Positions 8,086 through 18,403 of a stretch of 64,000 nucleotides of DNA are shown here, piece by piece (within the stretch, counting starts at the first letter, position 1; every line of letters begins with the position of its first letter). The position numbers were made by a program, and so were the translations under genes. The notes under the pieces were generated by a model. The model was not told where the DNA came from, did no database searches, and saw nothing but the letters and a program-made list of their open reading frames with translations. This DNA is from Fibrobacterales bacterium (GTDB lineage Bacteria; Fibrobacterota; Fibrobacteria; Fibrobacterales; JAOPTW01): the NCBI GenBank assembly GCA_051532035.1, contig JAOPTW010000013.1:326442-390441 (forward strand), written 5' to 3'.

Positions 8086-11000
8086 ATGAAACAAAAGTCT
8101 AACTCTTTTTGGGTGATCTATTCGTGTGCGGTCGCACTCTCAATTGTATTTTATTTTATCTATACCGCACGTCCAGAAGTCGATGGACTCACAAAAGCTA
8201 CAGAAACTACGTGGCCTCAACCGCTCCCTGCTGAAAGCGAAGAAGACCGAGAACGTTATGGCGATCATAAACGTCGCCCGTGGACCAAAGAAGAGGCCGC
8301 CTTTAATAAAAAGCGTTATGAAGACATCAGATCTCCTCTGTCAACTACTGCACTTGGTGCTCCAGCTCCTGTACCCACTCTAGAATCTCTCGCTCCTGCA
8401 GAAAAAGATGGATTTATTAACCTTGCAAACAACACCTTTTCTGGTAAATGGACCAGTAGAGGCCCTAAGAACATGCCCGGCGCCTTTCAATTTAGTGAAA
8501 TAGACGAAGGGACAGACACGGTCTATGCTGTCAGTATGGGACATTATGGGGGCGTACAGTTCATCTATAAAGGGACTCTTGCCGGCGATGACTGGAAGAT
8601 CATCAATCCCAAACACCCCTCACGATTTGAGGATCTCATGGTTGTGCCCAATGGTTCTCAGAGGAGAATTATTGCAGGAGAAGAACAAGGAGCTATCATG
8701 TACTCGGATAATGCGGGAGCAGCCTGGACCTTTTCTACAGGGATTACAAATGGTATCACCAGCACTATTGTTAATAGACAAGACAATCATACCATCTATA
8801 CTACTGATGGCAAATCTATTTACGTTTCATACGACCTTGGTTCAACATTTAGTCTCTTTCAATCTTTTACTATAAACACCCACGCCCGACTGTATACTCC
8901 GCGTTGGGACATACAACCCAATGCATCGGATGTCTATTTTGCCCATGGAAGCACGTTTTACACCCTCAATAGTGCGAAAACTTCTTTTGTACAAACGGGT
9001 ACAATTGCTAGCGGAGCTGAGATTGGCCTTGGTGGAGACACACGCCGACTCTGGATGACCCAAGACAGTAAAGAATGGTACCACAGTGTGGATGGCGGAG
9101 CAACCTGGAATTATCAAGCAACCGAAAACTGGTGGTACAGCAGTATGAAAGCCAACATGTCTCAAGGCCAGTACCCAGGAATACATCCAGAAAACCCTGA
9201 TATCATTATTGGTGGCTATGCATTTCCACTCTCTTCGCGTAATGCCGGTCAAACAACAAACTCAGATGCAAAAAACTGGTGGGGACACTATCAAAACGCC
9301 GTAGGAAATGATCAACGGGTGCGCATTCACTTTCATCCCGACCACCAAGCATCTCAGTTTTTTTACGATGCATCAGGGACTCTTCTCTCGCTTCGCTCTA
9401 CTGATGGCGGAGTTTTTAAATCATACAATGAGTGGACTAAAACATCTTACCCAACCTTACAATCAATAGAAGACGTCTTTTACAATATCACCCTTTTTAA
9501 TGCCCCTACACAAGAGGCGTACCGCGGTGGTTTTATTTCGGGCAAACACAACTCCGATGACATGACTGCCTGTACTCAAGACCAAGGCTGGCAAAACACC
9601 CGTGCCTCAACCTATGGGACTGACCTTCTCTCATGGGACCAAGTGGGCGGTGGTGATGGACCAAACTGTATTTCGGGTGATGGACTTATTGCATGGAGTT
9701 ATAACTATCAAGGGAGCGATAATTTTAAACGTATCGAACTCTATGATGCTTCTGGCACTTACAAAGGACTCTCAGGAGCTACGTCAAGCACCTATAACCC
9801 CAATTATTCAAAAGGCACCGCCTACTTTACCCCGGGCGTGGGTGATTGGTCAAATGGCGATCTCATATGGACCATGAGCCATAGACTCAGAAAATTCGAA
9901 TACAATGGCGGCGTCATTTCGAGCACAGAACACGACCTCAATGAGAGTCAATATTTTGTGCAAGGGATCGCCCAATCACGAGAAAATCCTGATATTGTAT
10001 TTGCCATGGAAAACGGCTATGTGTATACGTCTACAAACCGCGGCGATTCGTGGAGTCAAGTTGCATCGAATAGCGCAACAGGTATAAGTGGTACCCATGG
10101 CATTGGACGAGGTAATTTTGGTATGGGTTGGGCAATCGACAACCAAACAATTCTCTTTGCAACGGAATCTGGAAGTGCGGTTCACACCATATTTTCAAAA
10201 GACGGTGGGTATACCTGGACCAATGTCACAGGAACAGGAATTAATTCCTTCCCGTCAGCTTCGGTCAATGGTATGACTGCCAATGAAGCTGGCACACTCA
10301 TTTTCGCATCTACCACTGCAGGACCCTATGTATTTGTAGTCGCCGAAGAACACTGGTATCCCCTGGCGCTCCAAGGATCAGTACCCATTTTCTCTGGGCA
10401 GGTAGCCACCACGGTCAAAAAGGACGATTCCGAGATTATACGTTTCTCCACTTGGGGGCAAGGCATTTGGGATCTCACTTTAGCGCCTGTGATTCCCACA
10501 CTTGATATTACAAGCACAACTCCTAATGTACTTATAACTACTCAAGACTCTATCACCTTACACTGGAGCTCCAATCAGTTAGAGTATGTTATCGTAACAC
10601 TCAACCGTACTGACTCTCTACCCGATACCCTTGGTATTGCTGCAACCCAAACGGGATCATTCACTTGGCCCATTTCTGACTCCCTTATCAACGCTGATTC
10701 ATTTTCACTCCGCATTCAACACAGTGTATCTCTCACCTATGATGAGACCGAAGTATATACCATTATCCCTCCTGATGTAAACATTGCCCTCAACAAAGAG
10801 AGTATCGTATCATCCACCAATGAAGCTGACAGCAATTCCTTTGTGAACGATGGTGATTCTGACAACTACTGGCGCAGCGACGCAACAACGAGCGACCAAT
10901 GGGTAGCCATAGATCTCGAAGATACATTCCACATTGGTGTGATAGTTATAGAATGGGGAGCGATTCTCCCGGAAACCTATACTATAGAAATGTATGATGA

Positions 11001-11547
11001 TTCAAGTAACTGGATAGCACTCACCTCTGATTTAAAGCCTACGAACCCTGTAGATATACTCAATCTTAACACAGGCTTTACCAATGGTATTCGTATCCGC
11101 AGCACGCACACAGAGCTCAACGCATCAGCCATTGTAGAGCTCACGATACACGAAATACGTATCTATGAAAACCAAAACCCAATACTCCCTCTCTCATCGT
11201 CTGAGGCCGAAGAGCTTTCCAGTAGTTCGAGCGGCCTCTTTGACAGCTCAATAGGATACACTCAAGATGGCGCGGGATCAAGCAGTGAGGGTGAGTTTAC
11301 TAGAGAAGAAAGCTCTGATGAACCCTCACCCATTTCAAGAATAGTTTATCAAAAAGGTTTGTATTCGATGATCGTGAATACAGTAGACTATACTGACCGG
11401 AGCATCACAGTCCCTGAGTCAGTAACATCCTATGAAATATATACCATTCATGGAGAGCGTATCAAATCTGGAACGGTACACAATGGCACCATTACCTTTT
11501 CGAAAGACATACCACAAGCCCTCCTCTTTATACAGTTTAACCAGTAG
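8086..11547 (+). CDS. membrane-anchored or secreted BNR/Asp-box repeat protein (GH74/sortilin-like propeller) with an F5/8 type C (discoidin/CBM32) domain, a Ser-rich linker and a T9SS-like C-terminal domain
   Basis: Asp-boxes SDNAGAAW, SVDGGATW, STNRGDSW, SKDGGYTW. Discoidin segment about 10780-11170 (ALNKESIVSST...DNYWRSD...WVAIDL...IEW...YTIEMYDDSSNW). Linker SSSEAEELSSSSSG. C-terminus YEIYTIHGERIKSG...LLFIQFNQ. Confidence 0.85.
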   Translation: MKQKSNSFWVIYSCAVALSIVFYFIYTARPEVDGLTKATETTWPQPLPAESEEDRERYGDHKRRPWTKEEAAFNKKRYEDIRSPLSTTALGAPAPVPTLESLAPAEKDGFINLANNTFSGKWTSRGPKNMPGAFQFSEIDEGTDTVYAVSMGHYGGVQFIYKGTLAGDDWKIINPKHPSRFEDLMVVPNGSQRRIIAGEEQGAIMYSDNAGAAWTFSTGITNGITSTIVNRQDNHTIYTTDGKSIYVSYDLGSTFSLFQSFTINTHARLYTPRWDIQPNASDVYFAHGSTFYTLNSAKTSFVQTGTIASGAEIGLGGDTRRLWMTQDSKEWYHSVDGGATWNYQATENWWYSSMKANMSQGQYPGIHPENPDIIIGGYAFPLSSRNAGQTTNSDAKNWWGHYQNAVGNDQRVRIHFHPDHQASQFFYDASGTLLSLRSTDGGVFKSYNEWTKTSYPTLQSIEDVFYNITLFNAPTQEAYRGGFISGKHNSDDMTACTQDQGWQNTRASTYGTDLLSWDQVGGGDGPNCISGDGLIAWSYNYQGSDNFKRIELYDASGTYKGLSGATSSTYNPNYSKGTAYFTPGVGDWSNGDLIWTMSHRLRKFEYNGGVISSTEHDLNESQYFVQGIAQSRENPDIVFAMENGYVYTSTNRGDSWSQVASNSATGISGTHGIGRGNFGMGWAIDNQTILFATESGSAVHTIFSKDGGYTWTNVTGTGINSFPSASVNGMTANEAGTLIFASTTAGPYVFVVAEEHWYPLALQGSVPIFSGQVATTVKKDDSEIIRFSTWGQGIWDLTLAPVIPTLDITSTTPNVLITTQDSITLHWSSNQLEYVIVTLNRTDSLPDTLGIAATQTGSFTWPISDSLINADSFSLRIQHSVSLTYDETEVYTIIPPDVNIALNKESIVSSTNEADSNSFVNDGDSDNYWRSDATTSDQWVAIDLEDTFHIGVIVIEWGAILPETYTIEMYDDSSNWIALTSDLKPTNPVDILNLNTGFTNGIRIRSTHTELNASAIVELTIHEIRIYENQNPILPLSSSEAEELSSSSSGLFDSSIGYTQDGAGSSSEGEFTREESSDEPSPISRIVYQKGLYSMIVNTVDYTDRSITVPESVTSYEIYTIHGERIKSGTVHNGTITFSKDIPQALLFIQFNQ

Positions 11548-11591
11548 AGTTGCACAACGATACACACGTTAATGAGAGAATAGAGATACCT

Positions 11592-12110
11592 ATGGCAGAA
11601 AACAAGAATACATTAAAGACCATCAGAAAAGTTCACCTCTGGCTATCACTGATTGTTATGGTTCCCCTGGTCATTGTCTCGACAACTGGTCTCATTCTCA
11701 TGTTCAAAAAGCAGATTGAATGGATTCAACCGCCAACCCATTTGGGAACAACCCAGTCCTTTACCCTCACCCCCGAACAAATTCTTGAAGCCTGTCGTAT
11801 AGACCCACGAACAACCATAACAGAATGGAATAACATACGACGACTTGATGTGCGGCCTCACAAAGGGATCATTAAAGTACAGGGCCCGGATAACATTGAA
11901 GTACAACTGGATGCTGCAACAGGAAATATCCTGCATATTCAAGAGCGCAACTCTGACCTTATAGAAAATATTCACGATGGTTCATATTTTGGAGACACTA
12001 CCAAATATGCACTCTTCTTAGTTGCTGAACTTTTCTTTGTACTTCAACTTATTACGGGTATCTATTTGTTTGTTGTGTACGCGAAGAGAAAGCATAAAAA
12101 AAGAGTTTAA
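11592..12110 (+). CDS. PepSY-associated TM helix family membrane protein
   Basis: KVHLWLSLIVMVPLVIVSTTGLILMF near the N-terminus and a second TM helix at the C-terminus. ATG at 11592 preferred over the track's TTG at 11550. Confidence 0.65.
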   Translation: MAENKNTLKTIRKVHLWLSLIVMVPLVIVSTTGLILMFKKQIEWIQPPTHLGTTQSFTLTPEQILEACRIDPRTTITEWNNIRRLDVRPHKGIIKVQGPDNIEVQLDAATGNILHIQERNSDLIENIHDGSYFGDTTKYALFLVAELFFVLQLITGIYLFVVYAKRKHKKRV

Positions 12111-12223
12111 AAACTCATTTTCCCCAACGTTAATACTGCATTTACCACAAAGCGAACGACTCATTCCCCCCAATAGAAGCAAATATATTTTTACATTTAA
12201 GTTTTAATCATCTGGAGACACCA

Positions 12224-13027
12224 ATGAATTTATCATTCTTACCTATATTACTCATAACAGCCCTATTATCACTGATGGGCTGTAATCCTTTTTCAGAATC
12301 AAGCAGTGCATCCACAATCGGCAGCACTGATCCACTCTCTTCTAATGAAGATCAACCAACAAGCCTTGTTGATAGCCCCGAATCAATAAGTGACATACTC
12401 TATAATGTTACAACCGTCTATAAAGAAGCACGAAGTTATAAAGATACAGGGAGAGAATATACTTACTATTTCGACATCGGTGAAACAGAATCAAACCAAA
12501 GTAATGAATCGAAATTTTCTACAAGCTTTAAGAATAATGGTCAATTTAGGTTTGTCCATGAAACTGGCGAATGGAGTTATTTTATAATACACCGAGATCA
12601 GGATTCAACGATGCAACATTGGTGGAACCTTAGTGACTCTCTTTTACAAGACTTTGAATCTCTTTCTACAATGTTAGCAGTTATGGTTGGAGTAACAAGT
12701 GGCACATCATATAATATCTCATCAATGCTATTACCGTCCAATAGCCCTTTTGCAAGAAACTTTTTTGATATGTACCCTCCTCAAATTCAATTAGACGATT
12801 CAGATATTCGTGGGGATGAATGTTATGCATTAAAGCATACCGAACCTGAAGATGGTGATATTACCATACTTTATTTTCGAAAAAGAGATTATCTTCTTCT
12901 CAGAATTGAACAAGAATCCTTTTTTAGCGACTTCAGAACCGAAAGCTTCGTAGATTATTACCCTACCATTAATGAAACTCTTTCAGAAGACGATTTTGAG
13001 TACACTATCCCTGATGAATACTTATAG
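12224..13027 (+). CDS. lipoprotein of unknown function
   Basis: Signal peptide with lipobox LLSLMGC, then a Ser-rich spacer. GGAG upstream of the ATG. Confidence 0.65.
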   Translation: MNLSFLPILLITALLSLMGCNPFSESSSASTIGSTDPLSSNEDQPTSLVDSPESISDILYNVTTVYKEARSYKDTGREYTYYFDIGETESNQSNESKFSTSFKNNGQFRFVHETGEWSYFIIHRDQDSTMQHWWNLSDSLLQDFESLSTMLAVMVGVTSGTSYNISSMLLPSNSPFARNFFDMYPPQIQLDDSDIRGDECYALKHTEPEDGDITILYFRKRDYLLLRIEQESFFSDFRTESFVDYYPTINETLSEDDFEYTIPDEYL

Positions 13028-13261
13028 ATAAGCAAACATTTCTCTAATCAAACATATTCATCGGTAACGTTTTCTGCTGATGAATACTATTTTAAAGAAA
13101 GCATATCTTAGTGTTTCCTGTCCCCTTATCATACTGAATCCAATTAGTATAATTATACCGGGACACATGCACACTATTGATTTTCAGAAAAAAGGAGAGC
13201 GGGTAATTCTGCCTCTACTCAATAGTATTGTTCCTTTTAACTACCATAAAAAGGAAAGTAA

Positions 13262-14791
13262 ATGACACTATTTAAACAATTACAATTAACACTCATAACT
13301 GGCTTAATGCTTGGAACAACAGCATTTGGCGGGTATCAACTCTCTGAACTACCAACACCAGACATCAGAAACCCTAAATACTCACATGCGCTCGAAAATG
13401 GAGTCGTTTACTGGGGGGGAGAGCCATCAGAAGAGGTATCTTGGTCGGATATTTTTAAGTCAACTCAAAATGAATATACCAATATCAGCAACACTCCTGA
13501 TACTTGGGAGCACTATAAAGCGATAGATGGTGAGACCTATGTCTATCAACAAGATCGTACGGTCTTTTACTTTAATGGGACAGAAGACATCACCATACTC
13601 ACTGACATCGGTTTCTCTATGGGTCCTATGGATCTTGATAATGGTCAATTTGTTTTTACCAGCTATGATGGTGACGATTCAGAAATCATGCTCTATGACG
13701 GCTCCAATCTTATTCAGATTACGGATAATGATCGTGATGATACTAGCCCAAAAATCAGTAATGGTGAGATTGTTTGGGTCTCTTATGACTACCCTACCCC
13801 AGGGTCATTTATCCACCATTATTCAAATGGCGTAACCACAACTATTTCTGACATTGGCACCAATGATAAACCTGATATTGAGAATGGTACTATCGTATGG
13901 CAAGGACCAGGAATTGAGGATGAAACAGATATTTTCCGCTATAAAGATGGCATCACCAAAAATCTGAGTGTCAGTGGGTACCACGATCAAGAGCCTCAGA
14001 TCTCTGAAGGCCAAGTTGCATGGAAAAGCCGCTACTACCACTTTACTGCTGAAAAGGTAAATATAGAACATTTCGAAATCATGTTCTATGATGGGCAAAC
14101 AACCACATCTATTACTAGTCAGGATCTGAACTATGATGATTTTGACTTAAACAATGGCGAAATTGCGATCTCTGCATACTCTAAAGAAGATTACATCGGG
14201 TCTATTCATCACTGGGATGGCATAGCTCTTCACACAATTTCAAATAATGATGACGGCACATCACGCCGCAGTCCAATGGTTGAGAATGGTTTGATTGTTT
14301 GGGACGAGTGGAGTTCAGAGAACGGTTCAAGAATTATGACTGCACGTAAAACTGATTTTAACCCTGAAGCGACCTATGCGCTTATATCACGCAGCAGTGG
14401 AAGAGCACTTGAAGTAGATACACAAAGCGCCCAATGGAACGGTGGCTATATACAAATTTGGGATTACTATGGTGGCGACAATCAACTCTGGAACATAATC
14501 CCAACTGAAGCAGGATATAAACTGATCAATAACCGTTCGGGTAAAGCACTTGATGTTGCAGGACTCGCTACTTATAATGGTGGTACTATCCATCAGTGGG
14601 ATTACGTTGGTGGCCAAAATCAGCAGTGGAACTTCACGCACCAAGGTGATGGCTCATACAGTATCGTAAACCTCCTCAGCGGCAAAGCGGTGGACGTTAA
14701 AGACAACGGTACATGGAATGGAAACGCTATCCAACAATGGGATTTCCACGGTAACGATAATCAAAAATGGGATATAATTATTGTAGAATAG
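13262..14791 (+). CDS. secreted beta-propeller-like repeat protein with a C-terminal ricin-B (CBM13) lectin domain
   Basis: Signal peptide. About 6 repeats of the form (I/L)xNG(x)(I/V)(V/A)W. C-terminal (QxW)3 pattern: NQLWNI, NQQWNF, NQKWDI. RBS AAGGAAAG. Confidence 0.85.
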   Translation: MTLFKQLQLTLITGLMLGTTAFGGYQLSELPTPDIRNPKYSHALENGVVYWGGEPSEEVSWSDIFKSTQNEYTNISNTPDTWEHYKAIDGETYVYQQDRTVFYFNGTEDITILTDIGFSMGPMDLDNGQFVFTSYDGDDSEIMLYDGSNLIQITDNDRDDTSPKISNGEIVWVSYDYPTPGSFIHHYSNGVTTTISDIGTNDKPDIENGTIVWQGPGIEDETDIFRYKDGITKNLSVSGYHDQEPQISEGQVAWKSRYYHFTAEKVNIEHFEIMFYDGQTTTSITSQDLNYDDFDLNNGEIAISAYSKEDYIGSIHHWDGIALHTISNNDDGTSRRSPMVENGLIVWDEWSSENGSRIMTARKTDFNPEATYALISRSSGRALEVDTQSAQWNGGYIQIWDYYGGDNQLWNIIPTEAGYKLINNRSGKALDVAGLATYNGGTIHQWDYVGGQNQQWNFTHQGDGSYSIVNLLSGKAVDVKDNGTWNGNAIQQWDFHGNDNQKWDIIIVE

Positions 14792-14812
14792 TTATGCTCA
14801 TTTATTGAAATT

Positions 14813-14844
14813 ATAAAGGCCACCTAATCATAGGTGGCCTTTAT
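14813..14844. terminator. bidirectional rho-independent terminator between convergent genes
   Basis: Perfect 13-bp stem ATAAAGGCCACCT/AGGTGGCCTTTAT with a 6-nt loop. GTTTTCC follows on the + strand and AT/T-rich sequence follows on the - strand. Confidence 0.75.
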
Positions 14845-14902
14845 GTTTTCCGTGATTTAAACTCGAAAAGATGGTTTTGTTATATTCCCATTACTTAAGA
14901 GT

Positions 14903-15862
14903 CTATTTCCATTTAGTTATGCGCCATTCTTTCTGTTCATCTTCAGAAAGGAATGACCATGCTACAATGCGACTCGATTTATTACCCGTGCCCATGGGAA
15001 TTGTTTTGACCTGAACCGCGCCAGCTCTATCGAGCAACTTATAAAAACCTTTCAGGTTAGATTGTTTTGATACTAAGGTCGTAAACCAGTAACAGTTTGT
15101 AGAGAATTTTTCACTTTCGCCAATCATATTCTTAACGAATTTATATTCTCCACCCGCATAGATAAGTTCACTACTGATTCCAGAAAAGTTACGTTCAGGC
15201 ATCACTTCTTTTCTGCCCGACAAATTATGGACTTTTCTTCGTGTTCCTTTTTGAGCTTCTTCGATAGAAGAATGAAAAGGAGGGTTACAGACCACCATAT
15301 CAATTGAATCAAATTTACTGATAATGCCATGAAAAAAGTTTCGTGCATTGTCTTGTAATCTGCATTGGATGCTGTCTTTTATTGATGGATTCGACTTCAC
15401 AATGTTTTGAGCAGATGCAACTGACCTTGGATCAGTATCAGATCCGATAAATTTCCAGTTATATTCCGTAACTCCAATAATTGGATAAATACAACTTGCT
15501 CCTACACCAATATCAAGACAGGTAATTGATTTACCTGTTGGAACTGTACCCGCATTTTTTTCGCCTAATAAATCAGCAACATGATGAATGTAATCGGCTC
15601 TGCCTGGTATTGGCGGACATAAGTTCTCATCAGGGAATTCCCAGTTCTTAATTCCATAATAGTATTTAAGTAACCCTTGGTTTAACAACTTTACCGCAGC
15701 AGGGTTTGCAAAATCGACTGATTTTACCCCAAATTTGTTTGGTATTATATACTGTGCTAATTCAGGCACAGAAGTAATTAATGCGTTTAAGTCGTAGTTT
15801 TCTCGGTTTTTATTTCGAGAATGGAGTCTTGCTTTTTCTTGTTGTTTTTTTTCTAAAGCCAT
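14903..15862 (-). CDS. rlmF: 23S rRNA (adenine1618-N6)-methyltransferase
   Basis: Collinear with E. coli RlmF/YbiN as I recall it: LHSRNK, SVDFANP, LCPPIPGRADYIHHVADLL, LDIGVGASCIYP, VVCNPPFHSS, SSRIVAWSF. Met22 (ATG 15862) preferred as the start. Confidence 0.9.
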   Translation of the reverse strand: MALEKKQQEKARLHSRNKNRENYDLNALITSVPELAQYIIPNKFGVKSVDFANPAAVKLLNQGLLKYYYGIKNWEFPDENLCPPIPGRADYIHHVADLLGEKNAGTVPTGKSITCLDIGVGASCIYPIIGVTEYNWKFIGSDTDPRSVASAQNIVKSNPSIKDSIQCRLQDNARNFFHGIISKFDSIDMVVCNPPFHSSIEEAQKGTRRKVHNLSGRKEVMPERNFSGISSELIYAGGEYKFVKNMIGESEKFSTNCYWFTTLVSKQSNLKGFYKLLDRAGAVQVKTIPMGTGNKSSRIVAWSFLSEDEQKEWRITKWK

Positions 15863-16028
15863 AATGTACCGTAATTTCATATGTAGAATAGTTACACTTC
15901 TACCACTCAATGCTTCACTATGCATAACGCTATTATATAGGCAGAACTTTTTTCAAAGGTAAAAAATTATAGTCCAAATAGCCTCATAAATACCCATTTT
16001 GACTAGAGAGCCACCGGTGATTCTTCAA

Positions 16029-16373
16029 TTATAGCTCATTATACTTCTTGTTGGACCCTTTTGCCTTTTCAACAGGGTACTTTTTGCTGTTTTTCTCCAT
16101 TTTTCGCTTAACAGCCTCATTGAGGTCAATCCCTAAATCATTGCTTATATACGCGAGATAGACGAATATATCAGCCAGTTCATCGCTAATGGCTTCAGCC
16201 TTATTTTCTATGGTTTCTGACAATTCTTGTTTATTCTTCCACAAAAAGAGTTCTTGTAACTCAGCGACTTCAATCCCCAAGCCCAGACATTGATCTTTAA
16301 TCGTGTGGAATTGTTCCCAATCACGGTCATTTCTGAACTTTAATATTGCATCCATTGTCTCTTGTTTGATCAT
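16029..16373 (-). CDS. MazG-like nucleotide pyrophosphohydrolase
   Basis: FRNDRDWEQFHT...GLGIEVAELQELFLWK...ELADIFVYLAYISNDLGIDL, an EExxE/ExxD four-helix MazG pattern. Confidence 0.85.
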   Translation of the reverse strand: MIKQETMDAILKFRNDRDWEQFHTIKDQCLGLGIEVAELQELFLWKNKQELSETIENKAEAISDELADIFVYLAYISNDLGIDLNEAVKRKMEKNSKKYPVEKAKGSNKKYNEL

Positions 16374-16590
16374 ATTGTCTTTTCACCCAACATTCAGTTT
16401 CAGCAAAGGTAAAATATTTTTATTAAATCCTGCTTGTATTTCAGGATATTAGCTTTAGCGCCTACAACCACACTCATAAAGTGTAACAAACTGTATTATT
16501 TTCCAAAAGAGCTCCATCGGGGAGCTACACTTGCTACATAGTTTATTGCATAAAATCTATAATGCGTACTACAACTTTCGGAGAGCGAGC

Positions 16591-18327
16591 ATGAGTAAAA
16601 AACGGGTAAGTATCAGCAGTGTTTTTAAAACCATTATCTGGCCCAGAAGAAAGCTTCTTTTTGTGGGGCTCATTCTCATTATAATCAGCCGGCTGGCTGG
16701 CCTCGTACTCCCCGGAGCTACAAAATACCTTATGGATGAAGTGGTCATGCAGAAAGACTTTGAAAAGCTCGTCACCATTATAACCTGGGTAGGTACTGCG
16801 ATCATAATCCAGTCTATCACCTCTTTTTTGCTCACTCGGTTACTGAGCGTGGAAGCCCAGCGGCTTATAGCCCAACTTCGTGTGAAGGTTCAGCAAAAAG
16901 TACTCAGTCTCCCCATTCATTTTTTTGACAACAGTAAGTCGGGTGAACTCGTCTCTCGCATCATGACAGATGTAGAAGGAGTACGCAACCTCGTTGGCAC
17001 CGGCCTCGTCCAATTGGTCGGTGGTACATTAACCTCAGTTATATCACTGGGTCTCCTCATAAGTATCAGCCCTACCATGACTGCCTACATATTGATTCCT
17101 ATAGCTATCTTTGGCTTTATCGCTATGAAAGCATTTGCATTTATCCGCCCCATCTTTCGGGAGCGAGGCAAAATTAATGCAGAGGTAACTGGGCGACTTA
17201 CCGAAACATTGAACGGCATCAGAGTCATAAAAGGCTTTAATGCAGAAGCCCACGAAATACTCACCTTCGAGAAAGGGGTCTTTGCCCTCTACAATAACAT
17301 CAAACAGAGTCTGACCTCCACGGCGATAGTAACCAGCTCCTCTGCCCTGCTCCTCGGTACTGCATCTGCCGGAATCATGGGTATCGGCGGATATATGATG
17401 ATGCATAATGAACTGACCGTTGGAGACTTTCTTGCCTTTACCATTTATTTGGGTTTTCTCATAGCCCCCATTGTGCAAATGAGTAATATTGGAAGTCAAC
17501 TCACTGAAGGCTTTGCCGGTCTTGATCGCACCGAAGAACTCATGAATTTTGAATCTGAGCATGACGCGGAGCACCGGACTATTGCCCTTGAAAAGTTTGA
17601 AGGGGATGTGCTATTCGATGATGTCTCCTTTCACTATCACGAAGAAAAAACCGTTCTCAATAATGTCTCACTTGAAGCACCTGCTGGGTCTGTTACAGCC
17701 CTTGTTGGTTCTTCCGGATCAGGCAAGAGCACTATTGCTGGGCTCGTTTCATCATTTCTTAATCCCGAGACCGGAACCATAACCATAGACGGAGTCGATC
17801 TTTCAAAAGTCACGCTTGAAAGTTATCGGAAGCACCTTGGGGTCGTCTTGCAGGATGATTTTCTGTTTGAAGGTACCATTCGAGAGAATATCTGTTTCCC
17901 ACGACCCGACGCTACTGAAGTAGAGGTTCTTGCCGCAGTAAAGGCGGGCTATGTTAACGAATTTACCGACCGCTTTGAAAAAGGCTTAGAGACCATAATT
18001 GGTGAACGTGGAGTAAAGCTTTCTGGAGGTCAGCGTCAAAGGATAGCTATAGCCCGGGCGCTCTTGGCAGACCCTAAAATACTGATACTTGATGAAGCCA
18101 CCTCGAACCTCGATACTGAAAGTGAATCAATGATTCAGAAAAGTTTGACTGAATTGATGAAAGGGAGAACAACTTTTGTTATTGCTCACCGGCTGAGTAC
18201 CATCCGTAAAGCCGATCAGATTCTGGTTATTGAGCGTGGATCAGTTGCCGAGCGCGGTACCCATGATGAGCTTATCGCTCTGGAAGGTCGATATCATGAA
18301 TTGTTTACCTATCAGGCACGTATTTAG
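16591..18327 (+). CDS. ABC exporter, fused permease/ATPase (MsbA/type I exporter-like)
   Basis: Six-TM N-terminal half. Walker A GSSGSGKST. Signature LSGGQRQRIAIARAL. Walker B ILILDEATSNLD. ATG 16591 preferred over the track's TTG at 16531. Confidence 0.9.
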   Translation: MSKKRVSISSVFKTIIWPRRKLLFVGLILIIISRLAGLVLPGATKYLMDEVVMQKDFEKLVTIITWVGTAIIIQSITSFLLTRLLSVEAQRLIAQLRVKVQQKVLSLPIHFFDNSKSGELVSRIMTDVEGVRNLVGTGLVQLVGGTLTSVISLGLLISISPTMTAYILIPIAIFGFIAMKAFAFIRPIFRERGKINAEVTGRLTETLNGIRVIKGFNAEAHEILTFEKGVFALYNNIKQSLTSTAIVTSSSALLLGTASAGIMGIGGYMMMHNELTVGDFLAFTIYLGFLIAPIVQMSNIGSQLTEGFAGLDRTEELMNFESEHDAEHRTIALEKFEGDVLFDDVSFHYHEEKTVLNNVSLEAPAGSVTALVGSSGSGKSTIAGLVSSFLNPETGTITIDGVDLSKVTLESYRKHLGVVLQDDFLFEGTIRENICFPRPDATEVEVLAAVKAGYVNEFTDRFEKGLETIIGERGVKLSGGQRQRIAIARALLADPKILILDEATSNLDTESESMIQKSLTELMKGRTTFVIAHRLSTIRKADQILVIERGSVAERGTHDELIALEGRYHELFTYQARI

Positions 18328-18343
18328 CTCTTCCTCTCAAAAT

Positions 18344-18369
18344 ACAGGTTACCCACCTAAGTAACCTGT
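18344..18369 (+). terminator. hairpin ACAGGTTAC-N8-GTAACCTGT after the ABC exporter
   Basis: Perfect 9-bp stem 17 nt after the stop. Only a weak T-tract follows. Confidence 0.4.
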
Positions 18370-18403
18370 CACATTTATCAATCAAAATGCTACCATTGCC
18401 CTC

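Noticed and set aside
13080-13265. 61-aa ORF ending in an ATGA overlap with the ricin-lectin gene
   Set aside because: The overlap looks like coupling, but the peptide has no coding-like features. The region contains the strong RBS (AAGGAAAG) of the downstream gene, so it is probably a 5' UTR.
16531-16590. In-frame N-terminal extensions offered by the ORF track (16531, 15925, 27193, 49118, 58266, 59851, 63232, 11550)
   Set aside because: Downstream ATGs give proper signal peptides or lipoboxes, or match homologue N-termini, and have better Shine-Dalgarno-like sequences. The extensions look like read-through of upstream non-coding sequence.
17044-17574. Long antisense ORFs inside confident genes (also 8842..9252, 20764..21312, 22917..23339, 23958..24413, 57043..57429, 58342..58716 and others)
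   Set aside because: They fully overlap genes with strong motif support on the other strand, have odd composition and no motifs. 23958..24413 is simply the reverse reading of the Ser-repeat array.
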